Source: Eledone cirrhosa
Lineage: Eukaryota
Reading direction: 5' to 3'
Length of the DNA stretch: 64,000 nucleotides
Assembly: GCA_964016885.1 (NCBI GenBank)
Contig: OZ024746.1
Coordinates: 6,634,001-6,698,000 of the forward strand
In this document: positions 26,897 through 41,499 of the stretch, piece after piece
Position numbering within the stretch: the first letter of the stretch is position 1
How the letters are laid out: every line of letters starts with the position of its first letter
Made by a program: the position numbers and the translations under genes
Notes under the pieces: generated by a model
The model's database searches: none
What the model saw: the letters and a program-made list of their open reading frames with translations, nothing else
What the model was told of the DNA's origin: nothing

Positions 26897-28049
26897 TGTG
26901 CGTGTGCGTGTGTGTGCGTGCGTGCGTGTGTGTGTGTGTGTGTCACTCTGTGTTCATTTGTGTTCGGTAATGTAACTATTCGACTACGAAAGATCGATGA
27001 CAATTACCAGACTTGAAAGAAACGTGCTGAGATCGATATGATTCACTAACATCCCTTCGATTTGCCCAAAGGGAGCTACAGTGTAATGGCTGATACCCGT
27101 ACACGAAAAAAGTGTAAATGAATAGTAAAACTGTGGGACCTGCTGACAACTGGCGACTGACTGCGGCGACAAAATGTAAATAAGTTCGTTTTGAAACAGC
27201 GAGTTTTGAAAATAGAAATTAGAGCTTTCCCCTATTTTTAACAAAAGAAATGTTAGCCTGATACTGAGGTTTGACGTCAATACTCATCTTTTTCCATTTC
27301 TTAGAGGGTTCTAAACCCCCAGGCTAAAATTTCTTTAGTCAAAAATACGGTGAAAGCTCCCATTTCTATTTTGTAATGTCAATAATTCAAATACTCGAGT
27401 AAAGTTTTATGTCGTAAAATTAAAAAAAAACGAAGTCGCACGTTTCAGACAGAATCATTCGTCAGAGAGATAAATCAACTAGATTTTATGTTTCTTTCAC
27501 TGTTTGTATTATTTTTAGAACATCTACTGTAGGATGTCTAACATATAATCACTACCTGCGTAGAGTAAAGCACATTAAACATCATTACATTTGTGTATAT
27601 TTATATTGTAGAGCGTGTTGATGACAAATATATATACAGGATATCATTATCACGTTAAGATGTCTACTTTGCTTTTTGCTTCTTTGCAGTAAATAGAATA
27701 AGTAAAAGAAGTATCTTAGATTCAATTGAATTCTCCTAGAAATGTGTGACACATTGCTACAATAAGAAATCATTATTTTCTATTCGAGAATTCTCAACGA
27801 CCGATGATTAAATTTAAATTCTATTGCAAGTTAGACAAGAACAACCTTTAACGTATAATAAACTGAGGATGTATTTATAGAAATATATACAGCGAAGGAT
27901 ATGCTAATTTATCTGACGTACTATTGTTATGATACTGTTTCCTGTTTCACATCATTTCCATTGGCTCCTTCAGTTCCAGTTTAGATTTATATCCATGATA
28001 CTGTTTGAAAATAAATTGACACGATTTTCCTAATTTTGTATTACATTGC

Positions 28050-30065
28050 AACCATTACTTTGCTAGACAAACGGTTTTAATTAACAAAAAAAGTGAATTA
28101 TTCTCAAACTGCCTTCATAAGTCTTTGTCTACATTCCAAGCCTCGCAAAATGTCAGGAAAAAACACTAAACAAACAGGTTTTAATTTTTGACGTCTCTTA
28201 TCAACTGTTGTACCTAAAACGTTATAACAGCTTATAAAACTTTAATAATACTTTATTTTCTAATCATTTATGATAGAATTAATGTTAGAATGAAGGATCC
28301 TATTTAGGTTATAATTGAACCGTAAATCATTCATGCATTTATATATTTTACACATTTTGAGTATGTTTTGGGACTCAGAAAGTTAGATTTGCACATATAT
28401 ATGTTTTATATTTAGGTATAAATATCACAAACCATACTAGTCGACAAATATTGGTCTACCTTTCCACTGAACTGGAGGTAAAACTACAATTATAACTTTA
28501 CTAATAATGTTTGTATATCGTTTCACTAATATCTATAATACTCACTCTATATATTTGAACAAATATGTTTATCTAGTATAATAACATGCTCGTAGTTACA
28601 TTTATAAGTAATTTAGATACTCAAATGTGTTAGATTATAAGTGTTAGATATTACCTTAATGTTCGAAATTATATAATGATTATTACTTAATTTAATTTAA
28701 TTTATTTTATTTTAATTAAATTTAGATTACCTCCGGGTCATTCAAATCCTCAGCTCCTCTTTCTATCACCTTCGTTGGACATTTTAGAAGTATCTTTTGT
28801 CTACTATATAATAAAACCCTCTTGCATTTTAAACTATATTTTTTAAATATTGGGCATTTTTATGTTTCGCAAACAATTCATTATTTTTTCACTTTTTTTC
28901 ACTTTTTATTTTGTATCTAGTCCTTATCCTTAGGACTCATGTAGTTTTGACTTATATATTTATAGTATATATCTATTAAATGATCCTTTTACAATAATTG
29001 ATCTAAAACATTAATTTTTAACAATATTTTTAGTAACTTATTTACTATATTGTATTATATTATGTATATTTGAAAGGTATCATCTTAAGTCTTTAGACAA
29101 TATAATCTTTGTGTATATTTCTTTTGATAAACACATATATGTAATTTAAATTTCAGACCTTTTTAAGTTTAATTATAGAGCCTGTTGATCCTTTAGGTAC
29201 TCAAATTGTTAATCATAAATTCTTTAAAAATGATAACGGTAATTAGTTTCTAAATTATATTATATAAACTGTTGTCAATAAATTTGGTGAGGTTGTAAAA
29301 ACATGTTTTCTTTCTTGTGTTTGTAAATCCTTTAAATTTGATTTTAGAAATTAAATTTGATAGTATACTTTAATATTAATACAGATACCTATTAACTTTT
29401 AAAACCTAAAATATTATTCATTACTCTGAACTAACTTAAATTAAATATTTTGAATATTAACGGTCAACCAGATATGTTTAGATATATATTGTATATATGG
29501 ATAATTGTCTAAAGACTTGAACATAAGTTTATTCCTCTTTATTCCTCTCTGTAATCAACTCTCTTTTGCTTTTCTAGGCCCGTACTAACTATATTATCCC
29601 CTCATCTGTCTCTTCCTCTATGCTTTTCTTTTCTTTCCTCTTTCTTCAGTAATTCAAATTATTTAACAGTTATATTGATGCCAAGTATTTTTTAAGCTGT
29701 CTCACACGCATCCTCTCTATTGTATGTATTATATATTTTTCTCATGTTTCTCAATATTAAGGTATATAAATATTGAGTTTTGTCATATATTACACACTAC
29801 CATGACTGAATCTTAACCATCTACTATGTCAGGGTATGTCATGCATCATCTTATTTTATCTGATGAGGACGTACTGTTGAAGTTAACTCAGTACCTCTGA
29901 AATATGTATAATAAAATATACTTGATCACAAGAATATCTATTTTGTTAATATTTTGAAATAATATTAATAACTCTGGAAAACCATTATTGTTGAGTGCTT
30001 CCAATCTATTGTAAAACTCATTCTTTGATTTATTCATTGAACCTTTACTCTTTTACTCTTTTACT
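28050..30065 (+). mobile_element. PLE 3' region (ORF end + AT-rich UTR + terminal repeat with HHR)
   Basis: LINKKSELFSNCLHK at ~28078-28122 resembles the PLE C-terminal LNKRxEL..CRH motif. Ends in an intact HHR. Confidence 0.6.
29852..29918 (+). ncRNA. Type I hammerhead ribozyme
   Basis: TATTTTAT-CTGATGA-GGACGTACTG...CAGTACCTCT-GAAATATGTATA-ATAAAATA. Perfect 8-bp stem I. Predicted cut after 29910. Confidence 0.85.
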
Positions 30066-30114
30066 TGTTTCAGCCATCCGGCTGAGGCCATGCTGGGGCA
30101 CCTTGTTTAACTTT

Positions 30115-30151
<37 letters not shown>

Positions 30152-30155
<4 letters not shown>

Positions 30156-30927
30156 CGTTTCTGAATTTGTTTAGACAAATCACAGAGGCAATGAACATAA
30201 ATGAACTCCAACCAAAATTAAATAGAAAACATGAATGGAACAGCAACATCACAACTTACAATTAAGGACAAAATGAAAACACACACACACATAGAACAAA
30301 CAACCAACCAGTAACATGTAAATAAACAAATAAATAAACGAATATAAACACACACAGACACCCGGATGTAACACATGCGCAAACTAAGCACACAACGCAC
30401 ACACAAAAACAAGATGGCGTAGGATAGAACAAAGGAGAGGCACAATAAACAAAAAACAAAGAAAAGAATCCCCAGTCACTGAAGAAGTCACAGAATGTGT
30501 GACGAAAGAACTTTGACAATATATAAACAACCATCTGGTTGTGGAACCAACCAACCAACCGGAAATTTATAAATTCCTAAATTTATAAATTTATTATAAT
30601 AAATTGAAGTGAAAGCAACTGGTGCGTGTGTTTCTTATTGGCAACATGACCCTCCCAAAGTATAACTATATATATATTGTTATACTTTGGGAGGGTCATG
30701 TTGCCACAATAAGAAACACACGCACCAGTTGCTTTCACTTCAATTTATTATAATAAATTTATAAATTTAGGAATTTATAAATTTCTGGTTGGTTGGTTCC
30801 ACAACCAGATGGTTGTTTATATATTGTCAAAGTTCTTTCGTCACACATTCTGTGACCTCTTCAGTGACTGGGAATTCTTTTTTTTTTATTTTGTGCCTCT
30901 CCTTTGTTCTGTCCTACACCATCTTGT
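30152..30927. mobile_element. Two PLE family A 3' ends, tail-to-tail (HHRs 30475-30517 +, 30826-30868 -)
   Basis: Plus copy to ~30668, a short TA tract, then a minus copy from ~30676. Confidence 0.88.
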
Positions 30928-30961
30928 ATATATATATATAAATACGATCTCACTGAAATTA

Positions 30962-30995
<34 letters not shown>

Positions 30996-30996
<1 letters not shown>

Positions 30997-31910
30997 TAGC
31001 AGTAAAGCCCGGCGTTGCTCGGGCCTGCTCAGTAGCTGTGTTAAAGTTACAATGTTAAGTTCCTTTCTTGGCTTAAAAACTGTAGAGTCTACAGTGTAGA
31101 CTATCATGTGGTACTTTTGATTAATATTCCCTCAACCAACAGTATGCCTTATGAAGTTAAGAAAACATAACCATAACCCGAATGTTAAAACAGAAGAGGA
31201 TGGTGGGGATAAAAACTGCACTGGTAATCTATTAACAAAATTCGAAAATGTAAACACTGCAACACTTGTCTCAGAGAAAAATATCAGCGTAACCAAACTA
31301 TCAGTTATTTTGAAACAAAGAAATTGGATGGACATGAAAAACAAAAAAAAAATGCGTTATCTGTCTGTCGTTTAAAATCATTGCTTCTAAATGAAAATCT
31401 CATAAGGCTTTATTCGAGATTATATACATAGATCAATGCTTTTTTTACAATATATTTGCTTGTTTTACGGTGTATTCAAATAGGCTTGTTTTCAAGTGAA
31501 AATATTGTTTTAAAATACTTTTTAATGGAAATGAAGCAAAATGGAAGCTTAATGTTGAAACTTCGAACTCATGAATTTTGCAGGTTAAAATTTTGCTGGC
31601 CCAAAAACTGTTCGTGTATTTTTTGTACTTTTGCACGCGTAGTTTGTTCGTAACGTAAATGACGCCATAAAAGGGAAATAACTCATCTCTCATCTCTATT
31701 CATACATTTGAACTGAAAAATCAATACATTACAAATTCGATTTTTGCACTTGGCGTGGGTCGATTTGAAAATTCTTTTGACCGATGTCTCCGCCGGACCT
31801 TCATCTATAAGTGTAGCAATTTAATCGAAATATGAACGTACGGCTTAGGAGGAGATGTGTGCCGACCGTTTCAGTAGACAGACAGACAACTTCAGTTTTA
31901 TATATATAGA
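30996..31910 (-). mobile_element. Non-autonomous Helitron (Lep1-like)
   Basis: 5' TC(TATATATATAAAA), (CTGT)n near the 5' end, 3' hairpin CCCGAGCAACGCCGGG followed by CTAG, inserted between A and T. Confidence 0.8.
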
Positions 31911-32612
31911 TATACTTTCTGGGACGAAAAATGCACATATTTCAATAAAGCTTATCAGTATACTTATCACGTTATATAAAGTAAATTTAGTTTAGAATTC
32001 ACTGCTATGATTACATGTTGCATTCTAAGATTAAAGAAAATGTCTCTACGAGGAATATCAATGATAGGCATTCTTGCGGCAACGAAGAATGAAATAAATT
32101 CGAAGATTTAAAGGATTTTAACACGATTGATTTTTCCAATTAAATTCCTATATATTTCTTTTTAATTTCCAAGAAAATTATTTTCTCGAGTGTTGAATAT
32201 AAAATAATATAAAACTTCACACGCATCCGTGTTTAACTAGTATTACAATGATATTTTCTTTAAAAGAAAATAAGATTTGCACAAAAAGAACCTTTGGATT
32301 TCACAAATAAATAATGAAATAAATACGTGATGAATTTCAAATAGTTTGATATTTTTCTGATTCCATAGTTTCAAGTTGTTTTTATTTTCATTATTAATTG
32401 CCCAAAACTTTAACATTTTAAATATCTATTGTAAAATCTAGCGATTAGAACCAACGAGAGGATATGTCAATGGTAAAACGACCTGCTAGAATTAGCAGCC
32501 AAAGGGATATAATTGATATTGTTTAGAAAAGGAAAGCAGAGTATGTCACAAAGGTATTATAAAAGCTGCAACAATATAATATAATATTATATAATATAAT
32601 ATACTATAATAT

Positions 32613-32664
<52 letters not shown>

Positions 32665-33046
32665 ATTTACATATACATAAAGTCACAGATATATATGTGG
32701 CAACCGTTTACGATGTGGCTCAATGAAGAATTAATAAATTAAATAATCAGAGCAATATATCATAAATCATGTCCTTAGAATTATTAGATAAAATATATAC
32801 TATTTCCTCTCCCAATTAGCATAATTAACCATATAAAAAATCAATTAGACCAGGCTATAAGAATAAAGGCTCCTCCTATGAAGAAATATTTGATAAATAA
32901 CCGAAAGCAGCCTCTTCGCGGTTGACCACAATAGAGTATTTACCCAACATTTCAACAGCATGTAGAAACTGACCAAATATACCGTCAACCATACACAATT
33001 AGGTATAAATTTAAAGTTAGAAGAAATGGGTACATACCGTAATTAT

Positions 33047-33123
33047 ATCCCTACCATGGTTTCGTTCGTATTTTGAGATATCCTATTAAGGATAAATCTC
33101 GAGTATCGAACTCATCAGGAGAC
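33047..33123 (-). ncRNA. Type I hammerhead ribozyme
   Basis: GTCTC-CTGATGA-GTTCG(extended hairpin)CGAAC-GAAACCATGGTA-GGGAT. Confidence 0.85.
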
Positions 33124-33822
33124 AAACTCAATAGGACAGTTAATTTTCCAAAGCGATCCCGTCAGAAATAGATTTAAAAAATGGCTAAGAATCGTGACGT
33201 GGCAGTGGTCAAGTTAGAAAGAATGTGATTAGTTGCTTACGGCGAGTAGGCTGGTTACTAGAAAGCGCAGCCCAATATCGCCCAAATTGCATCTCAATCC
33301 AACGGGAGATTATTAAATATAAAGATTTACATATACATAAAGTCACAGATATATATGTGGCAACCGTTCACGATGTGGCTCAATGAAGAATTAATAAATT
33401 AAATAATCAGAGCAATATATCATAAACGATGTCCTTAGAATTATTAGATAAAATATATACTATTTCCTCTCCCAATTAGCATAATTAACCATATAAAGAA
33501 TCAATTAGACCAGGCTATATTTATTATATATTGCTCTGATTATTTAATTTATTAATTCTTCATTGAGCCACATCGTGAACGGTTGCTACATATATATCTG
33601 TGACTTTATGTATATGTAAATCTTTATATTTAATAATCTCCCGTTGGGTTGAGATGCAATTTGGGAGATATTGGGCTGCGCTTTCTAGCAACCAGCCTAC
33701 TCGCCGTAAGCAACTAATCACATTCTTTCTAACTTGACCACTGCCACGTCACGATTCTTAGCCATTTTTTTAATCTATTTCTGGCGAGATCGCTTTGGAA
33801 AATTAACTGTCCTATTGAGTTT

Positions 33823-33899
33823 GTCTCCTGATGAGTTCGATACTCGAGATTTATCCTTAATAGGATATCTCAAAATACGAACGAAACCATGGTAGGGAT
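33823..33899 (+). ncRNA. Type I hammerhead ribozyme
   Basis: Same motif with palindromic stem III ACCATGGT. Predicted cut after 33894. Confidence 0.85.
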
Positions 33900-34197
33900 A
33901 TAATTACGGTATGTACCCATTTCTTCTAACTTTAAATTTATACCTAATTATGTATGGTTGAGGGTATATTTGGTCAGTTTCTACACGCTGTTGAAATGTT
34001 GGGTAAATACTCTATTGTGGTCAACCGCGAAGAGGCTGCTCTCGGTTATTTATCAAATATTTCTTCATAGGAGGAGCCTTTATTCTTATAGCCTGGTCTA
34101 ATTGATTTTTTATATGGTTAATTATGCTAATTGGGAGAGGAAATAGTATATATTTTATCTAATAATTCTAAGGACATGATTTATGATATATATATAT

Positions 34198-34865
34198 ATA
34201 TTTATTAAAATAACAGATTAAAGTTTAAGCAAAGAATCGCTGCTTTCACCCTTAACGGGATCTTCTGAAACTAACAAAGTCAATCTGTAAACGCAGAAGT
34301 GGATATTTCAAAAAACGTTGCAACCGGCGGAAGACGATACTATGGCAAGTGTTTTCGCGTATGCTTGGGTATGTACGTATGGGCATGCGTGTATGTATTT
34401 ATTTAATTTCTATTACCTCTCTATTATATTTATTTACTTTGTTCTTAACTCTGAAGCGGAGATTCATTCGGTCTCCTAGTTAGAATTTTAGTCTACGACT
34501 TCTGCTATACCATTTACGTGGTTTTGTCTTTTTTTCGTTCATTGCCAGAGAACGTCTCTATGAACCACCTAAGAGAACATTTAGTCTACGACTTCTTTTA
34601 TACCATAAACGTGGTTCTGTCTTTGCGCGTAATTGTTTTTCACCGCTCCTATTAATGACGTATTATATTCGTTTTTTCCCGTTCTTTGCCAGGGAACGTT
34701 TCCACGAACCAAAGTATCGTCTTCCTGCCTTCCTCCGGTTGCAACGTTTTTTGAAATATCCACTTCTGCGTTTAAAGATTGACTTTGTTAGTTTCAGAAG
34801 ATCCCGTTAAGGGTGAAAGCAGCGATTCTTTGATTAAACTTTAATCTGTTATTTTAATAAATATT
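34198..34865. repeat. Inverted-repeat element (~135-bp arms) with a ~90-bp internal tandem duplication
   Basis: 34198-34332 versus 34731-34865. The arms carry an HHR-like CAGAAGA-TCCC..GGGT-GAAAG with a mutated core. Confidence 0.8.
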
Positions 34866-34947
34866 TGCTCTACGGTTCTTATATATTTGATATATATTTA
34901 TCCTTATCGAGCCCTCTTTGGATTTTAGTCTTCAAATTTATTATTAT

Positions 34948-34985
<38 letters not shown>

Positions 34986-35068
34986 ACGATAAATTAAAGG
35001 ACCATAGGCCCTCGCTATTCCCTGTAAATAATGTGCTCAAAGGAGAAGAAATCCTGAGCTCTTGAAAA

Positions 35069-35144
<76 letters not shown>

Positions 35145-35366
35145 ACGAAGGAAATGTGGTAAGGAACCAGATGGACCGTAACGCACCAAAGTACTCAATA
35201 CTTAGGGTAGTAGAGTGGGTAATAGGAACAAGTATGACCCCGACGGCAGAGCTCAAGCCGTTTCGACGTATAATTCTGGACTAATTCAGTCCAGAATTAA
35301 CCGTCGAAACAGCTTGAGCTCTGCCGTCGCGGTCATACTTGTTCCTATATATATATATATATATAT

Positions 35367-35666
35367 ATATCACATAAGAAACGGAGAATCAGTGGTGCGA
35401 CGAATAAGATTTATTAGACCTATTACAATCGTTTCTCTGGCGAACAGCTCGAGACATGATCGATGCAATGATCAAACCTGACCCTGAAATTGCAAGATCC
35501 TCGTATATGTCTCTATTTTACGAAGCAGAGTTTCCATTTGCGATTTCAAAGTCAGGTTCGATCATCACATCGATCATGCCTCGAGCTGGTCGCCAGAGAA
35601 ACGATTGTAATATGTCTAATAAATCTTATTCGTCGCACCACTGATTCTTCGTTTCTTATGTGATAT
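35367..35666. repeat. Fold-back inverted repeat
   Basis: 35367-35495 versus 35535-35666. Confidence 0.85.
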
Positions 35667-35739
35667 TATACTCTGCTCTGTAAGAGCATCGAGTGCTCAA
35701 ACGGCCTACCGCTTACGGACGCTTTAAGCATCCCACACC

Positions 35740-35770
<31 letters not shown>

Positions 35771-38124
35771 ACAAAGGAAGTGTGGTAAGGAACCAAGTGG
35801 ATCATAACGTCGAAACGGCTTGAGCTCTGCCGTCGTGGTCCTGACTCTTTTCCTATATATATATATATATAGTCAGGATTCTGATGATTTCACTCGAATG
35901 AAACAGTTCTAGTCTTGTAGAAGCCTCTTTTAAATTAAATAAATGTTTATGAATCACTTTTCGTATAATCATTAGTTTAAAAAAGTCAAATTCCTTAGAC
36001 ATTTTTTATATATCATGAATGGATTGGTGAATTGCTGATTGTAAAGAAAATCCACCTTTCGTGACAGTAGATATACATTAATAGTAAACAAATAATAACA
36101 TTTTCTCACTAAATATAATACTAATTCTCGAACGCTACTTCAAGAAAGGCGCATAAAAGTTTGTGTTATGTCTAGAATTATGAATGACAAACACCCTAAA
36201 CCTAACGTAGATGTGTGCTTGAGTCATATGAACTCGTAATGAAATACCTCATTCACTAACTCGCTTATTTTGTCAAGGGATATGGAAAATGAAGAAAAAA
36301 TGATCTTAGTCATCTATACAATTATTTGACGAGCTAATCATAAAATTTAAGTTTCTTACTACAGGAATAATATTATTTAAAATATGTCTCGTAGCCACGT
36401 TTGAAGGAGACTGACAAGTTCATTACAAAATATTTGCTTGAATGAAGATATCTCTTATATATGAAAAAAACGATATTAACAAGAGAATTATTAATACTTT
36501 AAACTAAACGTTAGACACTTGCAGAATTATTGGTGACTGGAAATAAATTTTACATAGTAGTGCAAGAAAGAACCGAAAGGAATATTCTATTATTTTTAAC
36601 GGATTACTAAATTTATCAAAGGTTATGGCGTTAGCTACGAAATTGGAAAGCATAACTATAGGATAAATACTTTTAACATAACACAGTGACCAGTGAAATA
36701 TAAAGAAAATAAGTTTCAAACTAAGTTTCTATTCATTATTAGAGCTTTTACAACACAGAACAGTGAGCTGTGTGACTCCCGCCTCATCTAGACACTTTCA
36801 GAGGCCTATCCCTCTATTTGAAATGCGTCAGAAGCAATGAAGACCAAGAGAATATAAAGTTCATTGAATCACATTGAAATAAATGTTGGTTTATTTAGCT
36901 TCTTGTGTTGAGCTCAGGTGTTTAAAAAGACAACTATGTCAGACACCAATCAAGGAAGAATGATATCTCTCAGCTTGAGTATGATATGAAAATCTTGTAC
37001 ACACTTTGCTTAATCGGTAGAGAATAGATGCGAAATAAAAGATATTGACTTTCAACGCTTGAAATGAGGTTCGGATTCGTAGGAGAACTGTAGTGCAATT
37101 ATATTATATAAATAATTGTTTCTACTTTAGGCACAAGGCCAGCAAATACCCAGTACATTACTGGTACTTTATTTTATCGACCCCGTAAGGATGAAAGGCA
37201 AAGACAACGCGGGATTATATTATATAAATAATATTCCCGGAGATATTACAAAGGTGAAGTGATGACTGTTTGTGGTACACTTAAGCGATCACCCAATTAT
37301 ATACCACAACCTTGTGCTTGGGTGACTTTAGCAGAGTTTGTTCTATTGCAAGTGTTCGGACCAGGTCCTCGTACTGAAGATAATTACCTCCTTTCGTCGG
37401 CTGAAACGGAGGCCCAGATAAAGTTCGTGCGCTTCCTCTTCCTATTAGCTCATATAAAAAGCAAACAAACAAAAACCAGAAAAATGATGACAATCAAAAA
37501 TTAAGAACATTAAATAAGAGGTTAATTCCGATGAATCATATCGTTGGTGTCAATTACACAAGAACTTGTTTGATTAATGACCTTCCACTAGTGACTAACA
37601 CATCGATACTTCAATTTGTCAGAATTATATATATGATTGCATTATTTAATTTGTTCGTATACACGTGTTATTTAAGAGATTTAAATACATATTTCATCCA
37701 ATCGAATGTACAAAACAAACAAATAGGATTCGTTCAATAAAAATTGCCATTTATTTGCCACTCTAAGCTAGTTGTTTTGAAGATCGACAATTTATTATCA
37801 CATTTTTAAAATATCTACAGCTTTAACACCGCTGTCAGTACATTGCATAGAGAATAGCTTCCATAAATACCAACACAAGACAATTTGATATTCATACAGT
37901 TCAGCTTAATATTGTCAATATATATTTGAGGTTGATTTCCCCAAATAACCACATAATCACATGTTGATATATAAGTTTGTTTACAAACATAGAAAATAAA
38001 GACTTTCTCGTAAAGCACAAATATATGTTTACAAACACACTCACATACATTGATGATTATATACATACATGTCCATGTATGTATGTTTGTATAAATGGAT
38101 ATATATATATACGTGTAAATAAAT

Positions 38125-38256
<132 letters not shown>

Positions 38257-38982
38257 CTTGTAAATTGTACTAGCTAATGCTAATACGCTTGCAACGTGTT
38301 TGTGATGAAGTCAGTCCCCCTGATGATATGAAGGTATGTAAATAATTGTTAATTAAGTATAACTGATTGATTCATTGTTTAAATATGCATACAAGCCTAT
38401 CACCTGTATGAAAACGATTGGAGATATTAAAGATGAGTTTCATTTAAAAACCTTGGTTTTCCTCAATTCAAATATTTATGCTCTGTCACCCTCACTGCCT
38501 TTGACAAGATCTTTAACCTTCCGAAGACTATATCAATTATTTTGAATTCCTTACGTACAGAAAACTTTAAGCGCGTATTGAGCTTTTCACTCCTGAGTAA
38601 CATTAATGGTGGAATATTCCTTTATAACCAGCTATATACATATATATATATATGTGTGTGTGTGTCGGGGGGGGGTGTATACACATACACAAATGAGAAA
38701 GCTCATCGCTAGGACAGCCGTTAAAACAGCTAAGTGTTGTCAAACACAGCAATGGGCAAAAATGCCTCAGAAGATAGAGACCAGCGGCCAGTGGTCAGCA
38801 GAGAGACAATCTACAAGGAAGGTGTCAGGCAGTTGAAATATAGAAAAGATTGAAAGAGGAGGACAAGGAGAAGTGTGTTGGCATATAGAAGTAACTGGAA
38901 GAAGGAAATAAAGGTGATGTACAAGATAAGTTAACACATCTTCACCTTCATTAGCTTTCAGACCAGTAAAATGGTTTCGCAT

Positions 38983-39016
<34 letters not shown>

Positions 39017-39020
39017 CCTT

Positions 39021-39076
<56 letters not shown>

Positions 39077-39114
39077 AAGGTATATATATATATATCAAAG
39101 GTATATATATATAT

Positions 39115-40299
39115 ATTGTTATACTTTGGGAGGGTCATGTTGCCAATAAGAAACACACGCACCAGTTGCTTTCACTTCAATTTATCATAATAAATTTATA
39201 AATTTAGGAATTTATAAATTTCCGGTTGGTTGGTTGGTTCCACAACCAGATGGTTGTTTATATATTGTCAAAGTTCTTTCGTCACACATTCTGTGACCTC
39301 TTCAGTGACTGGGATTCTTTTCTTTGTTTTTTGTTTTTTTGTTTTTTGTGCCTCTCCTTTGTTCTGTCCTACGCCATCTTGTTTTTGTGTGTGTATTGTG
39401 TGCTTAGTTTGCGCATGTGTTACATCCGGGTGTCTGTGTGTGTTTATATTCGTTTATTTATTTGTTTATTTACATTTTACTGGTTGGTTGTTTGTTCTAT
39501 GTGTGTGTTTTCATTTTGTCCTTAATTGTAAGCTGTGATGTTGCTGTTCCACTCATGTTTTCTATTTAATTTTGGTTGTAATTCATTTATGTTTATTGCC
39601 TCTGTGATTTGTCTAAACATTGCGTCTTTTCTGTGTGTAGATTCTATTTTTATTTCTATGTTCTCTAATTTACCCTTATGTTCTATTTTAGCATGTTGGT
39701 AGAGTACAGATGATTCTTTACTATCTTGAAGGTCTCGCAAAGTTTAGACAAATCAGAGGCAATAAACATAAATGAATTACAACCAAAATTAAATAGAAAA
39801 CATGAGTGGAACAGCAACATCACAACTTACAATTAAGGACAAAATGAAAACACACACGCACATAGAACAAACAACCAACCAGTAACATGTAAATAAACAA
39901 ATAAATAAACGAATATAAACACACACAGGCACCCGGATGTAACACATGCGCAAACTAAGCACACAATACAAGATACAAAAACAAGATGGCGTAGGACAGA
40001 ACAAAGGAGAGGCACAAAAAGCAAAAAACAAAGAAAAGAATCCCCAGTCACTGAAGAGGTCACAGAATGTGTGACGAAAGAACTTTGACAATATATATAA
40101 ACAACCATCTGGTTGTGGAACCAACCAACCAACCGGAAATTTATAAATTCCTAAGTTTATAAATTTATTATAATAAATTGAAGTGAAAGCAACTGGTGCG
40201 TGTGTTTCTTATTGGCAACATGACCCTCCCAAAGTATAACAATATCGGTTTCAACACACGTTTTCAGATAAAGAATCTTGCTAAACAAATTCAGAAACG

Positions 40300-40302
<3 letters not shown>
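39115..40302. mobile_element. PLE family A head-to-head inverted pair (HHRs 39267-39309 -, 40047-40089 +)
   Basis: Minus copy 39115-39738 directly joined to plus copy 39739-40302. GIY-YIG C-terminus present. (TA)n on both sides. Confidence 0.9.
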
Positions 40303-40345
<43 letters not shown>

Positions 40346-40955
40346 GTAGTTTATGAAGCTGTGGCCACTTCCAACCGACCAAATCAACCACAGGAGGTCA
40401 AATCCTACGTGGGTATGACGAGGGCCGATTTAAGGAACGCTTCCTGAACCACCAGTCGACCTTTAGTTACCCGGACAGACGTTCATCCACCAAACTCGCG
40501 AGCCACGTATGGTCCCTCAAAGACTCAAGTATAGACTACTCCATTCAATGGAAACCCATCACTAAGTCCAAGCCATATGCAAGGAGCAATCCGTCGTGAT
40601 GAACGAATAAATATTCTAAAGAGATTACGCAATAGTGATTGCCTAAACACGAGAAAAGAATTCTTCACACGTTGTCCACACGTCTGGAAACACCTCTTAC
40701 ATAACTACAAAGCTCCGGATTGAATTACAACAACATCCTAATTTTCTTATCAACTAGAAACTTTCGGACTTTCGCACTTATCTCCCTTACACCTCTCGCA
40801 CGCAATTTAGTATTGCCTGTGTGAAGTGATCGTTTCTGCGCATGCGCGTTCGTACGGTTGTCCTTCCTGTTCCGTATAACCATGTCCATTACGAGCTAAG
40901 GATCCGCTAAGGTAAAACAATTGTTCTCGGTATGGTGAACTAACTGTATTTTTTA
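40346..40955 (+). mobile_element. Naiad-like PLE 3' fragment (GIY-YIG) with decayed HHR 40892-40929
   Basis: VYEAVAT...SYVGMT..FKERFLNHQSTF...TKLASHVWSLKD...CLNTRKEFFTRCPH. HHR core mutated (CTAAGGA...AAAA). Confidence 0.8.
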
Positions 40956-41094
40956 CATATACGGGCGTATAAATATGCGTGCGTGTATGCATATATGTGT
41001 GTATATATATATATATTTATTTTTTTTATATATATGTATATAGGTGAATCTATATGTATGTGTATATGTGTGCGTATATGTGCATGCATGTGTA

Positions 41095-41127
<33 letters not shown>

Positions 41128-41499
41128 ATATATGTGTGTGTATACATGTGTGTGTGTATGTGTATGTTTATGTATACGTGCGTGTGCGTGTATGTGCGCA
41201 TATCCGTAAGTGTGTATGAGTGTATGTAGGTGTATGTATATATGTATAACACCTTCTCCATTGCCTCTTACTTTTCTCCATCTTTGTCCTACGCCACCCG
41301 CACCGATACTCCCCCACTCTCCCTAGATGTAACCGCATGCGCGCATGCACATACATGTGTGTACATATGCATATGGCTGTGTATGTGTGTGTGTGTGTGT
41401 GGATATGTGTGGGCGAGGGTGTGTGTGTTGTGTGTGGGTGTGTTCGTGTGTGTATATACATCAATATATATGCGTATGTATACATATATGTGTGTGTAT

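Larger units (their letters stand above)
32660..34187. mobile_element. 660-bp non-coding HHR unit: 1.3 tandem copies + one inverted, circularly permuted copy
   Basis: 32660-32859 repeats at 33320-33519 (period 660). 33526-34187 is the reverse complement. (TA)n on both sides. Confidence 0.88.
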
